A stretch of DNA of 64,000 bases from Waterburya sp. (GTDB taxonomy: Bacteria > Cyanobacteriota > Cyanobacteriia > Cyanobacteriales > Xenococcaceae), in contig CBDCJV010000002.1 in NCBI GenBank assembly GCA_965217895.1, positions 992,001-1,056,000 on the forward strand, given 5' to 3'. Below the pieces are notes generated by a model. That model worked only from the letters and a program-made list of their open reading frames with translations, did no database searches and was not told where the DNA came from. Below, piece by piece: positions 19,303-29,978 of the stretch (position 1 is the first letter of the stretch; the number at the start of each line of letters is the position of its first letter). The translations under genes and the position numbers were made by a program.

Positions 19303-19317
19303 TGCATACTGTATACC
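19303..19317. promoter_or_regulatory. Palindromic operator-like site TGCATACTGTATACC
   Basis: Matches sites at 19373 and 21015 (consensus TGyATACwGTATrCA). Confidence 0.6.
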
Positions 19318-19414
19318 TTACTGATTTGCTCAAAATATTTTGTGATTTTAAATACATTTTTTCCGAAAAAAATCTATACAGTATCGAGTAGTGATGCTTA
19401 CCAATCAATGAGCA

Positions 19415-20425
19415 ATGACCTTAGAAAACAATTCACCAAATAATTGGGCGCGATCGCCCGTAGTTTTGATTGCACCCTTCTTTTTTCTTGGTACAGCAAT
19501 GGTGGCAATGAAGGCTATCATTAACGATACTACGCCTTTATTCATGGCTGGTTTTCGTTTAGTTCCTGCAGGAATCATTATTCTGCTATTAGCAGTTTGG
19601 TGGAAATTACCCCAACCCAAAACTTGGCAAGCTTGGTCATGGATCATCTTATTTTCTCTGGTTGATGGAGCAATGTTTCAAGGTTTCCTGACAGAAGGAT
19701 TAGTTAATACTGGAGCAGGCATTGGTGCAGTACTAATTGATGCCCAACCTTTGGTAGTGGCAGTTCTCTCCAGATTTCTATTCGCAGAATTAATTGGCTT
19801 ATGGGGTTGGTTAGGTTTGACTTTAGGATTGATTGGAATTTGTTGTTGTGGATTGCCAAATCAATGGATTACTAGCTTAGCTTCAGGAAATTTCAACTTT
19901 TTACAAAGTCAATTCACTTCTCTTAGCTGGCAAGGCGTACTTCAGAGTGGTGAATTGTTGATGCTTTTAGCTGCTCTTTCTATGTCTTTTGGCACAATTA
20001 TGATTCGTTATGTGCGCCAGCACGTAGATGTAATTGTAGCAACAGGCTGGCATATGCTCTTGGGTGGAATTCCTTTATTAATTGCCTCTGCATGGACTGA
20101 ATCTAATCAATGGAGTAATTTAGACAGTACAGGTTGGTCAGCTTTGGCTTATGCAACCTTGTTCGGCACTGCATTAACCTACGGACTCTTCTTTTATTTA
20201 GCTTCTGTTGGCAACCTTACTAGCGTCAGCGCACTTATATTTCTAACACCCGTTTTTGCCATGTTGTTTAGTTACATATTTTTGTCAGAAACGCTCACTT
20301 TTATTCAATGGATAGGTGTTGTTTTGGCTTTAATTGGTGTCATGTTAGTTATTCAACGAGAAAAAATTACTAACAAATTAAATTCTTTGGTAGATAAGTC
20401 TGATAGCCTGACTAATCCAAATTAA
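19415..20425 (+). CDS. DMT/EamA-family transporter
   Basis: About 10 TM segments; PFFFLGTAMVAMK, GFRLVPAG and FLTPVFA motifs. Confidence 0.9.
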   Translation: MTLENNSPNNWARSPVVLIAPFFFLGTAMVAMKAIINDTTPLFMAGFRLVPAGIIILLLAVWWKLPQPKTWQAWSWIILFSLVDGAMFQGFLTEGLVNTGAGIGAVLIDAQPLVVAVLSRFLFAELIGLWGWLGLTLGLIGICCCGLPNQWITSLASGNFNFLQSQFTSLSWQGVLQSGELLMLLAALSMSFGTIMIRYVRQHVDVIVATGWHMLLGGIPLLIASAWTESNQWSNLDSTGWSALAYATLFGTALTYGLFFYLASVGNLTSVSALIFLTPVFAMLFSYIFLSETLTFIQWIGVVLALIGVMLVIQREKITNKLNSLVDKSDSLTNPN

Positions 20426-20443
20426 CTTGTACAATCAGCAAGT

Positions 20444-20926
20444 CTAAGAAAAAAATGAAATCGCCCCTATTTTTCCTTTAACTACCTGCAAATAATCTTG
20501 GGGAGTTAACATAATCAAAGTACCTCGCACCCCAGCCGAGACAGTAATGCGATCAAAAGCTTCGATTATTTCATCTACATAAACGGGATAGTCTTTTTTA
20601 CTAGCTATAGCTGTTACTCCTCCGCGAACATATCCTGTAAGCGATTTCAACTCTTTCAATGCAATCATTTCTAATTTACGTTCTCTAGTTAACTTAGCCA
20701 TTGCTTTCAAGTCTAGCTGGGCATTACCAGGAATTACAGCAAAATAAATATTGTTGGCATTACTGCAAACTACCAAGGTTTTAAAAACTTGTTCAGGCGC
20801 AAGGTTTAGTTTATTAGCCGTACTTTCTGCGGTTAAATCTTCTATATCTACTTCATAATCGAGCAATTCATATGCTATGTCCGAAGAATCGAGCAGACGT
20901 ACCGCATTGGTTTTTGATATCGGCAT
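20444..20926 (-). CDS. ybaK: Cys-tRNA(Pro) deacylase
   Basis: KTNAVRLLD, QVFKTLV, TGYVRGGVT and VSAGVRG motifs. Confidence 0.9.
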   Translation of the reverse strand: MPISKTNAVRLLDSSDIAYELLDYEVDIEDLTAESTANKLNLAPEQVFKTLVVCSNANNIYFAVIPGNAQLDLKAMAKLTRERKLEMIALKELKSLTGYVRGGVTAIASKKDYPVYVDEIIEAFDRITVSAGVRGTLIMLTPQDYLQVVKGKIGAISFFS

Positions 20927-21014
20927 TATATTACTATTTTCTGACTTTGTACGGGCAAGCCCTTTGTGACTCGTTACAGTTGACTTTATTTTGCCTACCT
21001 ATTTAAAACTCAAT

Positions 21015-21029
21015 TGTATACTGTATGCA
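21015..21029. promoter_or_regulatory. Palindromic operator-like site TGTATACTGTATGCA upstream of the porin
   Basis: Near-perfect 7-1-7 palindrome, with the same motif as 19303. Confidence 0.6.
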
Positions 21030-21082
21030 GTTATACTTTTGTTCTCAGCCAATAATGATAATTTTGCCTATTATCAACAGGT

Positions 21083-22957
21083 GTGAGAGTCAAAATGAAT
21101 ATTCAAAAAACAAAACAATGGCATTTAGAATCTAGCAGCAAATTTAATTTAATTAACACTTCAATTCTATTATTTTTACCTTTTGCTATATTATCGGCTT
21201 CGGCGCTAGAAGCCACTGCATCAGAAGAAGTGAATAGCTTCGACGACACTGGCGGGATGTCGCAGGTTAATAATGTTAGACAGTTAGAATCAAAGAAAGG
21301 TTTAGAAAGCCATGACGATAATAGCGAGATGTCTCAGGTTACAAACGTTCAGCAGCTAAGAGATGTTTTGCCCACAGATTGGGCTTATGAAGCATTACGT
21401 TCATTGGTAGATCGTTATGGTTGCATTGCTGGTTTTCCCAATCAAACTTATCGCGGTAATCAACCCCTGTCTCGCTACGAATTTGCTGCGGGTTTAAACT
21501 CCTGTTTAAGTCAAATCGAGCGATTAATTGCCTCGTCAGGAAGTGTCTCTCCATCTGACGTAGAAACTATTCAACGCTTAAACCAAGAATTCGCAGCAGA
21601 ATTAGCAACCCTTGGTGGCAGAGTCGATGAATTGGAAAGTCGGACTGCTGTAGTAGAAGATAATCAGTTTTCTACTACAGCTAAATTTACAGGCAATGTC
21701 TTTTTAAACGCTACAGGTGCAACTGCAAGTGGTGATGTTTTAGCAGAAGCAGCTAGTCTTGATACACCCTTAAATCTTCGCCGTGGAGGAAGAGATGCAA
21801 ATAATAATCCTCTAATCAGCAATATTACAAACGATCCTGAAATTACCTTTAGTTATTACACCTGGTTAAACTTTGACTCTTCATTTACAGGAGAAGATAA
21901 CTTAACCCTTCAATTAGTAGCAGGTAACGGTAATTCTCCCGCCAACAATTATGTTTCCGCAGGGCTTTACAATACTTTTGGCGTTCCTTTTACCGATCAA
22001 ACAGGTACAGCTACAGGAACAGGTACTGTCGAGTTACGAGAACTATCATATGATTTTCCCATTGGCGATAAGCTTAGGGTGATAGTCGGCCCTAGAATTA
22101 ACTGGTATCGCTATTTTGACAACAATAACTATACCTTCTTCCTTACTGGCGCAAGTAGCTATAACTCTAGTGGTGGGACTTTAGTAAATCCAGTTGACCG
22201 TGGTTCGGGTGCAGTAATAACCTATGACCTTATTGATTCACTAAGCTTTAAAATCGGTTATTTGGGAGAAAACACCGAGTTTTTACCCGCAGAGTTCTTT
22301 AATACTTCTTCTGATCCTAATAAAGGGTTATTTAGTGCTACTCAAAGCCTCACTGCCGAATTAGATTTTGCGATCGCTGAAAAGGCAAATATTCGCTTAT
22401 TATACACCAGGGCTACCATAGACAATAATCAACCTATCTTAGATGCAAATGGCAACGTCACAGGCTTTGGTGTCGGTGGAGCAACAGGGGAACCCATCTA
22501 TGGTGTAGCTGATGATGGTTTTGGTGGCACAATTGGAGATGCTCCTTCTGATACTTTTTTAGTTAACTTTGACTGGACAATTTTTGATAAGCTGGGAGTA
22601 TTTGGACGCTATGAATATGGCAGTACCAGCATCAGACCGACAAATCCCGCTTTAGACAATGGTAAAGTTAATGCTCAGTCTTTCCAAGCTGGATTAGCTT
22701 TCCCTGACTTGGGCAAAGAAGGTGCATTAGGGACTTTATCTTTTGTAGTTCCTTTTGACGTGCTTGATGGAGAAGAGTTTTTAGTATCTGGTTCGGGTGA
22801 TGGAGGTACTCAATACGACTTTGAAGCTACCTATAATTTCCCTGTCAATGACAACCTCTCTATTCTTCCTGCTTTTTACCTAACAATTAACCCCAATAAC
22901 TTTCAAGATAACCCCGATATTTATGTAGGTAATTTGCGGATGCAGTTTAAGCTGTAG
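21083..22957 (+). CDS. Cyanobacterial SLH-domain outer-membrane porin (SomA/OprB-like)
   Basis: MSQVTNVQQLRDVLPTDWAYEAL, RYEFAAGL and QFSTTAK, followed by a beta-barrel. The start may be the ATG at 21095. Confidence 0.92.
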   Translation: MRVKMNIQKTKQWHLESSSKFNLINTSILLFLPFAILSASALEATASEEVNSFDDTGGMSQVNNVRQLESKKGLESHDDNSEMSQVTNVQQLRDVLPTDWAYEALRSLVDRYGCIAGFPNQTYRGNQPLSRYEFAAGLNSCLSQIERLIASSGSVSPSDVETIQRLNQEFAAELATLGGRVDELESRTAVVEDNQFSTTAKFTGNVFLNATGATASGDVLAEAASLDTPLNLRRGGRDANNNPLISNITNDPEITFSYYTWLNFDSSFTGEDNLTLQLVAGNGNSPANNYVSAGLYNTFGVPFTDQTGTATGTGTVELRELSYDFPIGDKLRVIVGPRINWYRYFDNNNYTFFLTGASSYNSSGGTLVNPVDRGSGAVITYDLIDSLSFKIGYLGENTEFLPAEFFNTSSDPNKGLFSATQSLTAELDFAIAEKANIRLLYTRATIDNNQPILDANGNVTGFGVGGATGEPIYGVADDGFGGTIGDAPSDTFLVNFDWTIFDKLGVFGRYEYGSTSIRPTNPALDNGKVNAQSFQAGLAFPDLGKEGALGTLSFVVPFDVLDGEEFLVSGSGDGGTQYDFEATYNFPVNDNLSILPAFYLTINPNNFQDNPDIYVGNLRMQFKL

Positions 22958-23059
22958 CCAATACTAAGCAAAAATGAAAGAATTTAAGCAACCAAAATAG
23001 TCCTGATGAATGATTGCTAAAATCTTCGGCTTTGCTGCATGATTATAGATAATTTGCAA

Positions 23060-23098
23060 AAACCTCTTGATAGTTAATGATTAACTATCAAGAGGTTT
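23060..23098. terminator. Perfect 19-bp-arm palindrome after the porin gene
   Basis: AAACCTCTTGATAGTTAAT-G-ATTAACTATCAAGAGGTTT. Confidence 0.7.
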
Positions 23099-23174
23099 AG
23101 TAATATTTAGTTACATTTAACTAAGAAAGTTAGACTGCGCTGTGATTGTTAAGTTCTCACAACTATCTATAGCT

Positions 23175-23472
23175 ATGTTGATTGATGACCAATTACCAAT
23201 AAGAAAAGAACATCTTTAAAAGCAGGATCGCACCCTCAGCTTTTCAGGTATGACTCGGGATGATTAAGAAAAGTTTAATGCCGTTGAATATTTAGCCTAT
23301 CGTACATCTTTTTTAAATGGAGTAATTACTATTATGTCTCCAAGTCAAAACCATGAGACAATTAAAGACTTCATCTTTTTACTAATTATTACTTATGGTG
23401 ATGCCTTTGATTTAGATTACTATTCTACAGGTTCAAACACTTTCAAAGACCAAAATAAGCAGGTAGGAATCA
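23175..23472 (+). pseudogene. Uma2-family endonuclease pseudogene
   Basis: MLIDDQLPIRKEHL*KQDRTLSFSGMTRDD*EKF...SFLNGVITIMSPSQNHETIK...YYSTGSNTFK. Two stops, and truncated before the EPD motif. Confidence 0.75.
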
Positions 23473-23632
23473 ACTGTAATTATAGTTTTATGATCGACTG
23501 ATGTTAAGGATTCATTATTTTTTCTTAATAAGCATAAACTTAAAGTATTTATTGTCAAGCATAAAAAGCATTTTTTAATTATCGTTAAAAAAATAAAAAA
23601 TAGTGGTTTAAGAAAAATAGATAAGAAAGATT

Positions 23633-24112
23633 ATGAAACCTTTTTTTTCATTTTTATTCCTACCTATAACCGTCCTGAGAGACTTGAAAGTTGTTTAAAA
23701 GCGATCGCTTTGAGGTGATTGTGGTGGATGACGGTAGCAAAACGCCTTTAGATTCAGTAGTTACACCTTTAAAGAACAAAATAAACATTAACTTATTGCG
23801 TCAAGAAAATGCTGGACTTGCTGCTGCCATAAATAAGGGCGCAGAGATGGCAACAAAAGAGTTTTTTGCTTTTACTGATGATGATTGCCAACCTACTGCT
23901 GATGGGTTAAATTGCTTTGCTGCTGGTTTTAACGATGATCCAGAAGCCATGATTGGCGGTAAGACGATTAATGCTTAGATAGTAACCCTTGTTCTACTGC
24001 ATCCCAGAAGCTAATTGACTATCTCTACGAGTATTAAAATCCAGCCAAAGGTAAAAATGCTTTTTTTCCTCTAATAATATTGCCATGCCCGCTGCTAATT
24101 TCAAAGCTTTGA
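23633..24112 (+). pseudogene. Glycosyltransferase family 2 pseudogene
   Basis: Fragments MKPFFS / IPTYNRPERLESCLKAIA / DRFEVIVVDDGS...FTDDDC / STASQKLIDYLY lie in shifting frames. Confidence 0.85.
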
Positions 24113-24270
24113 AGAGAATTTATTCTTTGCTTAAACCCATGTTATAAAAGTTTCATTAACTTAGATTTTGCTCGAACCTGTGTTATCTATATCTATAGAT
24201 TGAAACCAAAATAAACTAACTGTTTGAAAGTTAATTTTAATTAAAATTCTATTGGAGGTAATTAGCTACC

Positions 24271-24981
24271 GTGAACTTTTTAGAGATTATTGATAAAGGT
24301 GGTCCATCAATGTATCCCCTACTTTTATTGTCAGTGCTATCTATTGCGACAATTTTAGAGCGACTTTGGTTTTGGTCTAGGGTAGTTTTTAAAGAGAAAA
24401 AGATATTTAATCGTCTGATGGAAGCTGCCGAGCGCAATTGGGATTTAGTTGGTAAGATTGCTCAGGAATATATTAATCATCCTTTAGGAAGTTTTGTTTA
24501 TTCTCCTTTTCGATTATCTAATCCTGACCCCGATATGTTTCACATTGCCTTAGAATCGGCTGCCGAAGAACAGCTAGCGCGGATGCGTAAGGGAGATAAA
24601 GTTTTAGAAGCAATTATTGCTCTTTCGCCTTTGTTGGGCTTATTTGGTACGGTTTGGGGTCTAATTCAAGCCTTAAGTTCAATTAAAATTAGCGATTTAG
24701 GTACAGCCGATACATCTGGAGTGACTCTAGGTATTGGTGAATCGCTGATTTCTACTGCTGTGGGACTAATGATCGCGATCATTAGCTTAAGTTTTTATCG
24801 TTTGTTTCAGGCTTTTTGGTCAAACCAAATTAGAATATTGCGCCGTACTGGTAGTCGTTTAGAAGTAATGTATCGCGATCGCTGGATGCAGGAAGACGAC
24901 GATGAACCTAAAAATATTGTAGTGGATAATGAAGGATATTCTTTTGTTAATATCAAACCACCTGGAATCAATGACCAATGA
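24271..24981 (+). CDS. MotA/TolQ/ExbB proton channel protein
   Basis: [21 protein letters not shown] and [10 protein letters not shown] motifs. Confidence 0.92.
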   Translation: MNFLEIIDKGGPSMYPLLLLSVLSIATILERLWFWSRVVFKEKKIFNRLMEAAERNWDLVGKIAQEYINHPLGSFVYSPFRLSNPDPDMFHIALESAAEEQLARMRKGDKVLEAIIALSPLLGLFGTVWGLIQALSSIKISDLGTADTSGVTLGIGESLISTAVGLMIAIISLSFYRLFQAFWSNQIRILRRTGSRLEVMYRDRWMQEDDDEPKNIVVDNEGYSFVNIKPPGINDQ

Positions 24982-25000
24982 CCAATGAACAATGAACAAT
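24969..25000 (+). repeat. STRR-type heptamer tandem repeat (CAATGAM)4
   Basis: CAATGAC CAATGAC CAATGAA CAATGAA CAAT, spanning the exbB stop codon. Confidence 0.8.
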
Positions 25001-25017
25001 TATCAGTAATTATATTT

Positions 25018-25575
25018 ATGAGTCGTAAAAGAAAGTATCAGCCCAAGCCTTTACAACCTTTTAAGCTCTGGGAAGACGATAGCGAAACTAGTGATGCAAA
25101 TATTCAAATTCTGCCGTTAATTGACGTTATATTTTGTATTTTGACGTTTTTTATCTTGGCTGCGGTTAGTTTTTCTCGCCAGCAGGCAATTAGCTTAGAT
25201 TTACCCAAAGCCAAAACAGGTGCGCCTCAACTGCAAAATATTTTAATTGTAACCATTGATGATCTTGGTCAGCTATATGTCGATAAAGACCTTGTTAGTC
25301 GTAGTGATTTAGCCTGGGAAATTAAAAAATATAATCAGGCTAATCCTGATGGCTTAATGACTCTCTATGCAGCTAAAAATTCAACCTATAGAGAGGTAGT
25401 AGAAGTATTAGATATACTTCGTGAAGTCGGAGGCGATCGCGTTGCTTTAGCCACACTTCCCGAAGGTTCAGAAGCACCCACAGTCCCACCGACTCCAGGA
25501 GTCAATCCCGCTCTCCCAGGATTACCAGGCAGCGTCGATCCTTTTCTCAATCCCCCAACACCCCCAAATCCCTAA
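25018..25575 (+). CDS. ExbD/TolR-family protein
   Basis: ILPLIDVIFCILTFF and LDLPKA motifs, Pro-rich tail. The upstream ATG at 24985 lies inside the STRR repeat. Confidence 0.88.
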   Translation: MSRKRKYQPKPLQPFKLWEDDSETSDANIQILPLIDVIFCILTFFILAAVSFSRQQAISLDLPKAKTGAPQLQNILIVTIDDLGQLYVDKDLVSRSDLAWEIKKYNQANPDGLMTLYAAKNSTYREVVEVLDILREVGGDRVALATLPEGSEAPTVPPTPGVNPALPGLPGSVDPFLNPPTPPNP

Positions 25576-25611
25576 ATGATAGGGAGTCAGGAAAGCAAAT
25601 TTCTATTTCTT

Positions 25612-25642
25612 ACTCCCTGCGGGGGGTACCCCTTGGCTACTT
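25612..25642 (+). repeat. 31-nt dispersed repeat, copy 2
   Basis: ACTCCCTGCGGGGGGTACCCCTTGGCTACTT. Confidence 0.85.
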
Positions 25643-25654
25643 GTTACTTCTTAC

Positions 25655-25996
25655 TTATCCAGGCGGCCAGTTCATAGAGCGATCGCCTAAAATATGCAGA
25701 TGCAAATGATCTACACTTTGTCCTGCATCTGCACCATTATTAATAACTACTCGATAGCCATTGCTTAAGTTTGCTTGTTCAGCAACTTTTTTAACCGTCA
25801 TTAATAAATGTCCCATCAGTGCTGCATCTTCTTGACTCGCTGCTGACAGTTGAGAAATTGGCTTTTTGGGAATTACTAAAATATGGGTTGGTGCTTGAGG
25901 ATTAACATCTTTGAAAGCTAAAGCTAAATCATCTTCATAAACAATATCGGCAGGAATCTCACGACGAATAATCTTACTGAAAATAGTCTCTGTCAT
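25655..25996 (-). CDS. Histidine triad (HIT) nucleotide-binding protein
   Basis: [19 protein letters not shown] and HLHLH motifs. Confidence 0.95.
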   Translation of the reverse strand: MTETIFSKIIRREIPADIVYEDDLALAFKDVNPQAPTHILVIPKKPISQLSAASQEDAALMGHLLMTVKKVAEQANLSNGYRVVINNGADAGQSVDHLHLHILGDRSMNWPPG

Positions 25997-26354
25997 AAGC
26001 TTAATGCTAATTAAAACTGCCTAATTTTTACAATAACCATTATTGTATTATTATCCTAGCGTAACCATGAAAAATTCCCGCGATCGCAACTAGTCCCGTA
26101 ATTAAGCTCAGGTTAGGACGATTTTTGACAGCTATCATTATCCCAAACAGCAGCACAGATGCAGAGATAAACAATTCGGGTTGAGTTGGTAAACAAAGGA
26201 AAGCGCGATCGCCCTCCTTCCATTCCTCATAGTGATACCAATTTGTTAATAGTCTATAAAGATTTAATAATAGGTATTGTTTATGCTGGCAAAAATGTTA
26301 TCTTATATATCCAACCATTTGCATACACTATTTTTTATCAATATAAAGTCCATG

Positions 26355-26513
26355 ATGAACAATAAACGTCAAGACATACTGAAAGATGCCAATCTCAGCC
26401 ACCGCGAGAGCATGAGAAAAAGCTTGAATACACGCCTAGAAGCTGCCAGAGCTAATGGAAACGAAAATTTAGTTAAACAGCTAGAAGCAGAAGCAAAATA
26501 TCTTCATCTCTAG
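26355..26513 (+). CDS. pirA: PirA-like PII-interacting regulator of arginine synthesis (52 aa)
   Basis: MNNKRQ...HRESMRKSLNTRLEAARANGNENLVKQLEAEAKYL resembles Synechocystis Ssr0692 as recalled. Start at ATG 26352 or 26355. Confidence 0.8.
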   Translation: MNNKRQDILKDANLSHRESMRKSLNTRLEAARANGNENLVKQLEAEAKYLHL

Positions 26514-26575
26514 ACAAATGACCGATCGCTGGAGATTCTTAATCTTTAAGCAACTAAAATGATAATTTGAGCATG

Positions 26576-26604
26576 AAAGGGTTTAGCTTGCTAAACCCTT
26601 TTTT
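26576..26604 (+). terminator. Intrinsic terminator after pirA
   Basis: AAAGGGTTTAGC/GCTAAACCCTTT stem plus T-run. Confidence 0.75.
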
Positions 26605-26724
26605 ATTAATTAGCTTTTGACTTTTGCGCTGTTCCACACCCGCGTTGACTTCCAAAGTAGGGTATTTATTAACTTGCCAGATAACAGTAAGCTTGATTAA
26701 GTGGCGTTTGTAGCAAAAAAATCA

Positions 26725-27960
26725 ATGGCAACAATTAACGATAATTACCTTAAACTTAAAGCAGGATATTTATTCCCAGAAATTGCAAGAAGAGTTAGTG
26801 CTTATGCAGCAGATAATCCCGATGCACCAATTATCAAGCTGGGTATCGGCGACGTTACCGAACCTTTGCCCGCAGCCTGTCGCGAGGCAATTATTAAAGC
26901 GACTCATGAAATGGGCGATCGCGCTACTTTCCAAGGTTATGGTCCAGAACAGGGATATCTGTGGTTAAGAGACAAAATCGCTGAACATGACTTTCAATCA
27001 CGCGGTTGTGCTATAGACGCATCCGAAATCTTTATCTCAGACGGTTCTAAATGCGATTGCGGGAATATTCTCGATATTTTTGGCAACGATAACAAAATTG
27101 CCGTCACCGATCCTGTATATCCCGTGTATGTTGACACTAACGTGATGGCAGGACATACAGGAGAAGTCAGCGAAGATGGCAAATACGCAGGCTTAGTTTA
27201 CCTGCCTATCAGTGCAGACAATGACTTTACGGCTGAGATTCCCACAGAGAAAGTAGACTTAATCTATCTCTGCTTTCCTAACAATCCTACTGGCGCAACT
27301 GCTACTAAAGAACACCTCAAAGCTTGGGTAGATTATGCCAACCAGCATGACTCGCTAATTTTATTTGACGCAGCCTACGAGGCATATATTACCGATCCAG
27401 ATTTACCCCACTCCATTTATGAAATAGAAGGAGCAAAAGACTGTGCGATCGAGTTTCGTTCTTTTTCCAAAAATGCTGGTTTTACAGGTACTCGTTGCGC
27501 TTTTACAGTTGTTCCTCAAAACCTAATGGGTAAGGCTGCTGATGGAACTGAGGTTAAACTATGGCAGCTTTGGAATCGTCGTCAGGCAACTAAGTTTAAC
27601 GGTGTTTCCTACATCGTTCAAAGAGGTGCAGAGGCAGTTTATTCTCAAGCTGGACAAGAACAAATCAAAGAATTAATCAGCTTCTATTTAGAAAATGGCA
27701 AAATCATTCGCGAACAGCTAACTGCAGCCCGAATCAAAGTATATGGTGGCATAAATGCCCCCTATGTATGGGTAAAAACTCCTGACGGCTTGTCTAGCTG
27801 GGATTTCTTTGATAAATTACTGTTGAACTGCAACGTAGTCGGTACACCTGGATCTGGTTTTGGTGCAGCAGGTGAAGGCTATTTTCGGATCTCTGCATTC
27901 AACAGCCGAGAAAACGTTAACGAGGCAATGAAAAGAATTACCGAAAAATTTAAAGCTTAG
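26725..27960 (+). CDS. dapL: LL-diaminopimelate aminotransferase
   Basis: [35 protein letters not shown] and [12 protein letters not shown] motifs. Confidence 0.96.
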   Translation: MATINDNYLKLKAGYLFPEIARRVSAYAADNPDAPIIKLGIGDVTEPLPAACREAIIKATHEMGDRATFQGYGPEQGYLWLRDKIAEHDFQSRGCAIDASEIFISDGSKCDCGNILDIFGNDNKIAVTDPVYPVYVDTNVMAGHTGEVSEDGKYAGLVYLPISADNDFTAEIPTEKVDLIYLCFPNNPTGATATKEHLKAWVDYANQHDSLILFDAAYEAYITDPDLPHSIYEIEGAKDCAIEFRSFSKNAGFTGTRCAFTVVPQNLMGKAADGTEVKLWQLWNRRQATKFNGVSYIVQRGAEAVYSQAGQEQIKELISFYLENGKIIREQLTAARIKVYGGINAPYVWVKTPDGLSSWDFFDKLLLNCNVVGTPGSGFGAAGEGYFRISAFNSRENVNEAMKRITEKFKA

Positions 27961-28069
27961 CTATAGCTTGTACAAACTGCTTTAAAACTAGATGAGCTAG
28001 GCGAAAATCCCACCAATAAAGGGTTGACGATTTGTGTTAACCTTCTTTTACTGTTATATTTTGCCCTGC

Positions 28070-29149
28070 ATGAGTGAAGCTACCGTAGTTAATGGAAATG
28101 GAGTCTCGAATGTCTCTAACGAAGAAATCGTTGCTGCATTAGAGATTCCCGCAGATTTTAATTTTGATTTGCCAGATCCTGAAGATGAAGCAATTGGTGA
28201 GTCGGATTTTCAGCATCAATTAGATACGATCTGGAAAATATGCGATCGCTTTGATCTGCAAACAGACATCTGGCGGGGACGTATTTTACGTTCAGTCAGA
28301 GACAGAGAAAAGAAAGGAGGTGAAGGCAGAGGGGTAGGATTTCTTAACTGGCTCAAAGATCGCGAAATTACTAAATCTCAGGCTTACGCTTTGATTCAAT
28401 TGGCAAATAGTGCAGATACGCTATTAGCAGATGGACAGCTAGATCCAGAAAGCATTAACAATTTTAGTAAGCGAGCATTTGTGGAAACCGCTAAATCTGC
28501 CCCTGAAGTTCAGCAGTTGGTTAGTGAGGCTGCTCAAAAAGGCGATCGCATTACCCGCCGTGAAGTTAAGCAGCTTTCTGATGAGTGGACTGCCATGAGT
28601 TCGGAATTACTCCCCGATGAAGTCAAAGAAAAAGCAGCAGAAGGTATTTTACCTGCTCGTCATCTTGCTCCCTTGGTGCGGGAAATGGAAAAGTTACCCG
28701 ACTCTCATTTAATAGAAATTAAAAAAGAAATTGCCGAAAGTCCTGATATTGATACGGTTAAGCTGATGACCACTGAGGCAAAAAACTTGGCAAAATATCT
28801 TGATGCTGCTGCCCAGGTGCAAACTTTACGAGACAAGGCGGTAGATATGGAAATGGCTTTAGAAGAAGCGTTGAGACTAGACTGTATTAATACTGCTGCG
28901 GACTTGGTTAAACAAGCCACCACTTTAGAGCAAACTGTAGGCAAACTCTATACTACCTGGAAACGTATGGGTAACGTTGCCGATCGCCTGTATGTAGAAA
29001 CGGGTGCATCTAATCCTCACTTGCGATCGCTGATAACCTGCTTAGAGTCATTGACCAATGACATTATAGAAGTGCCTTTGGATGAAGAAGGCGAGCAGAT
29101 TGTACGTTTAAAGGTAATCACCGAAGATTCTGCTTCAACAGATAATTAG
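28070..29149 (+). CDS. Conserved cyanobacterial hypothetical protein
   Basis: Long ORF with CDRFDLQTDIWRGRIL and NFSKRAFVETA. Start probably at ATG 28070. Confidence 0.8.
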   Translation: MSEATVVNGNGVSNVSNEEIVAALEIPADFNFDLPDPEDEAIGESDFQHQLDTIWKICDRFDLQTDIWRGRILRSVRDREKKGGEGRGVGFLNWLKDREITKSQAYALIQLANSADTLLADGQLDPESINNFSKRAFVETAKSAPEVQQLVSEAAQKGDRITRREVKQLSDEWTAMSSELLPDEVKEKAAEGILPARHLAPLVREMEKLPDSHLIEIKKEIAESPDIDTVKLMTTEAKNLAKYLDAAAQVQTLRDKAVDMEMALEEALRLDCINTAADLVKQATTLEQTVGKLYTTWKRMGNVADRLYVETGASNPHLRSLITCLESLTNDIIEVPLDEEGEQIVRLKVITEDSASTDN

Positions 29150-29177
29150 AGGGATTCTAACCAGGAGAAGATACAAA

Positions 29178-29978
29178 ATGCCCAGAACCAAGATTGGTAA
29201 TATTGAGATATACTATGAGGTTCACGGCAGCGGTGAACCTATAGTTTTGATTCACGGCTTGAGCATGGATAGCAGCACATGGTTCAACCAAGTTCCTGTA
29301 CTCTCTCAGAAATATCAGGTCATCGTGTTTGATAATCGTGGTGTTGGACAAACTGATGCTCCTCAAGAAGATTACTCAACCGAGATGATGGCGGATGATG
29401 TTGTCGCCTTATTAAAATTTTTGAATGTGGATAAGGCTCATCTTGTAGGCTTTTCAATGGGCGGTATGATTGCCCAGACCATTGCCTTAAAATATCCTAA
29501 GCTGGTAAAAAGCTTACTGCTAAACGCAACAGCCACTCAGTTTCCTGCCAGAGCCAAATATTTAGTTCAGACATGGATCAGAATGCTCAACGAAAATGTG
29601 TCTATAGAAACCTGGATGAGAGACATCTGCTTGTGGGTTTACACAAATGAGTTTTTTGAAGATGATGAAACTGTGACGGCTTTAGTCAATCTTGCACTCA
29701 ATAATCCTCATCCACAATCCACTCAAGGCTTTGCAGGACAGGTTGCTGCGCTGATGCAACATGACACGCGATCGCAAGTCAGCCAAATCTCAGCTCCGAC
29801 TTTGGTGTTGATTGGTAGAGATGAAATCTTGATTCCTGTAAAATATTCAGAAGAACTTGCTGCCAAGATCCCCAAAGCTGAATTAATGATATTAGAGCGA
29901 GGCGGACATAATAGTTTGATAGAATTTCCCGAGCAGTTTAATCAGGCTGTAATGCAATTTTTAGACGGAGTAGCATAG
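29178..29978 (+). CDS. Alpha/beta hydrolase (PcaD-like)
   Basis: LIHG, DNRGVG, GFSMGG nucleophile elbow and GGH. Confidence 0.9.
   Translation: MPRTKIGNIEIYYEVHGSGEPIVLIHGLSMDSSTWFNQVPVLSQKYQVIVFDNRGVGQTDAPQEDYSTEMMADDVVALLKFLNVDKAHLVGFSMGGMIAQTIALKYPKLVKSLLLNATATQFPARAKYLVQTWIRMLNENVSIETWMRDICLWVYTNEFFEDDETVTALVNLALNNPHPQSTQGFAGQVAALMQHDTRSQVSQISAPTLVLIGRDEILIPVKYSEELAAKIPKAELMILERGGHNSLIEFPEQFNQAVMQFLDGVA

Noticed and set aside
19388..19401. Perfect NtcA-like box GTAGTGATGCTTAC
   Set aside because: No TAN3T at the canonical ~22-nt spacing toward the permease, and six fixed bases occur often by chance in AT-rich DNA. Left as unsupported.
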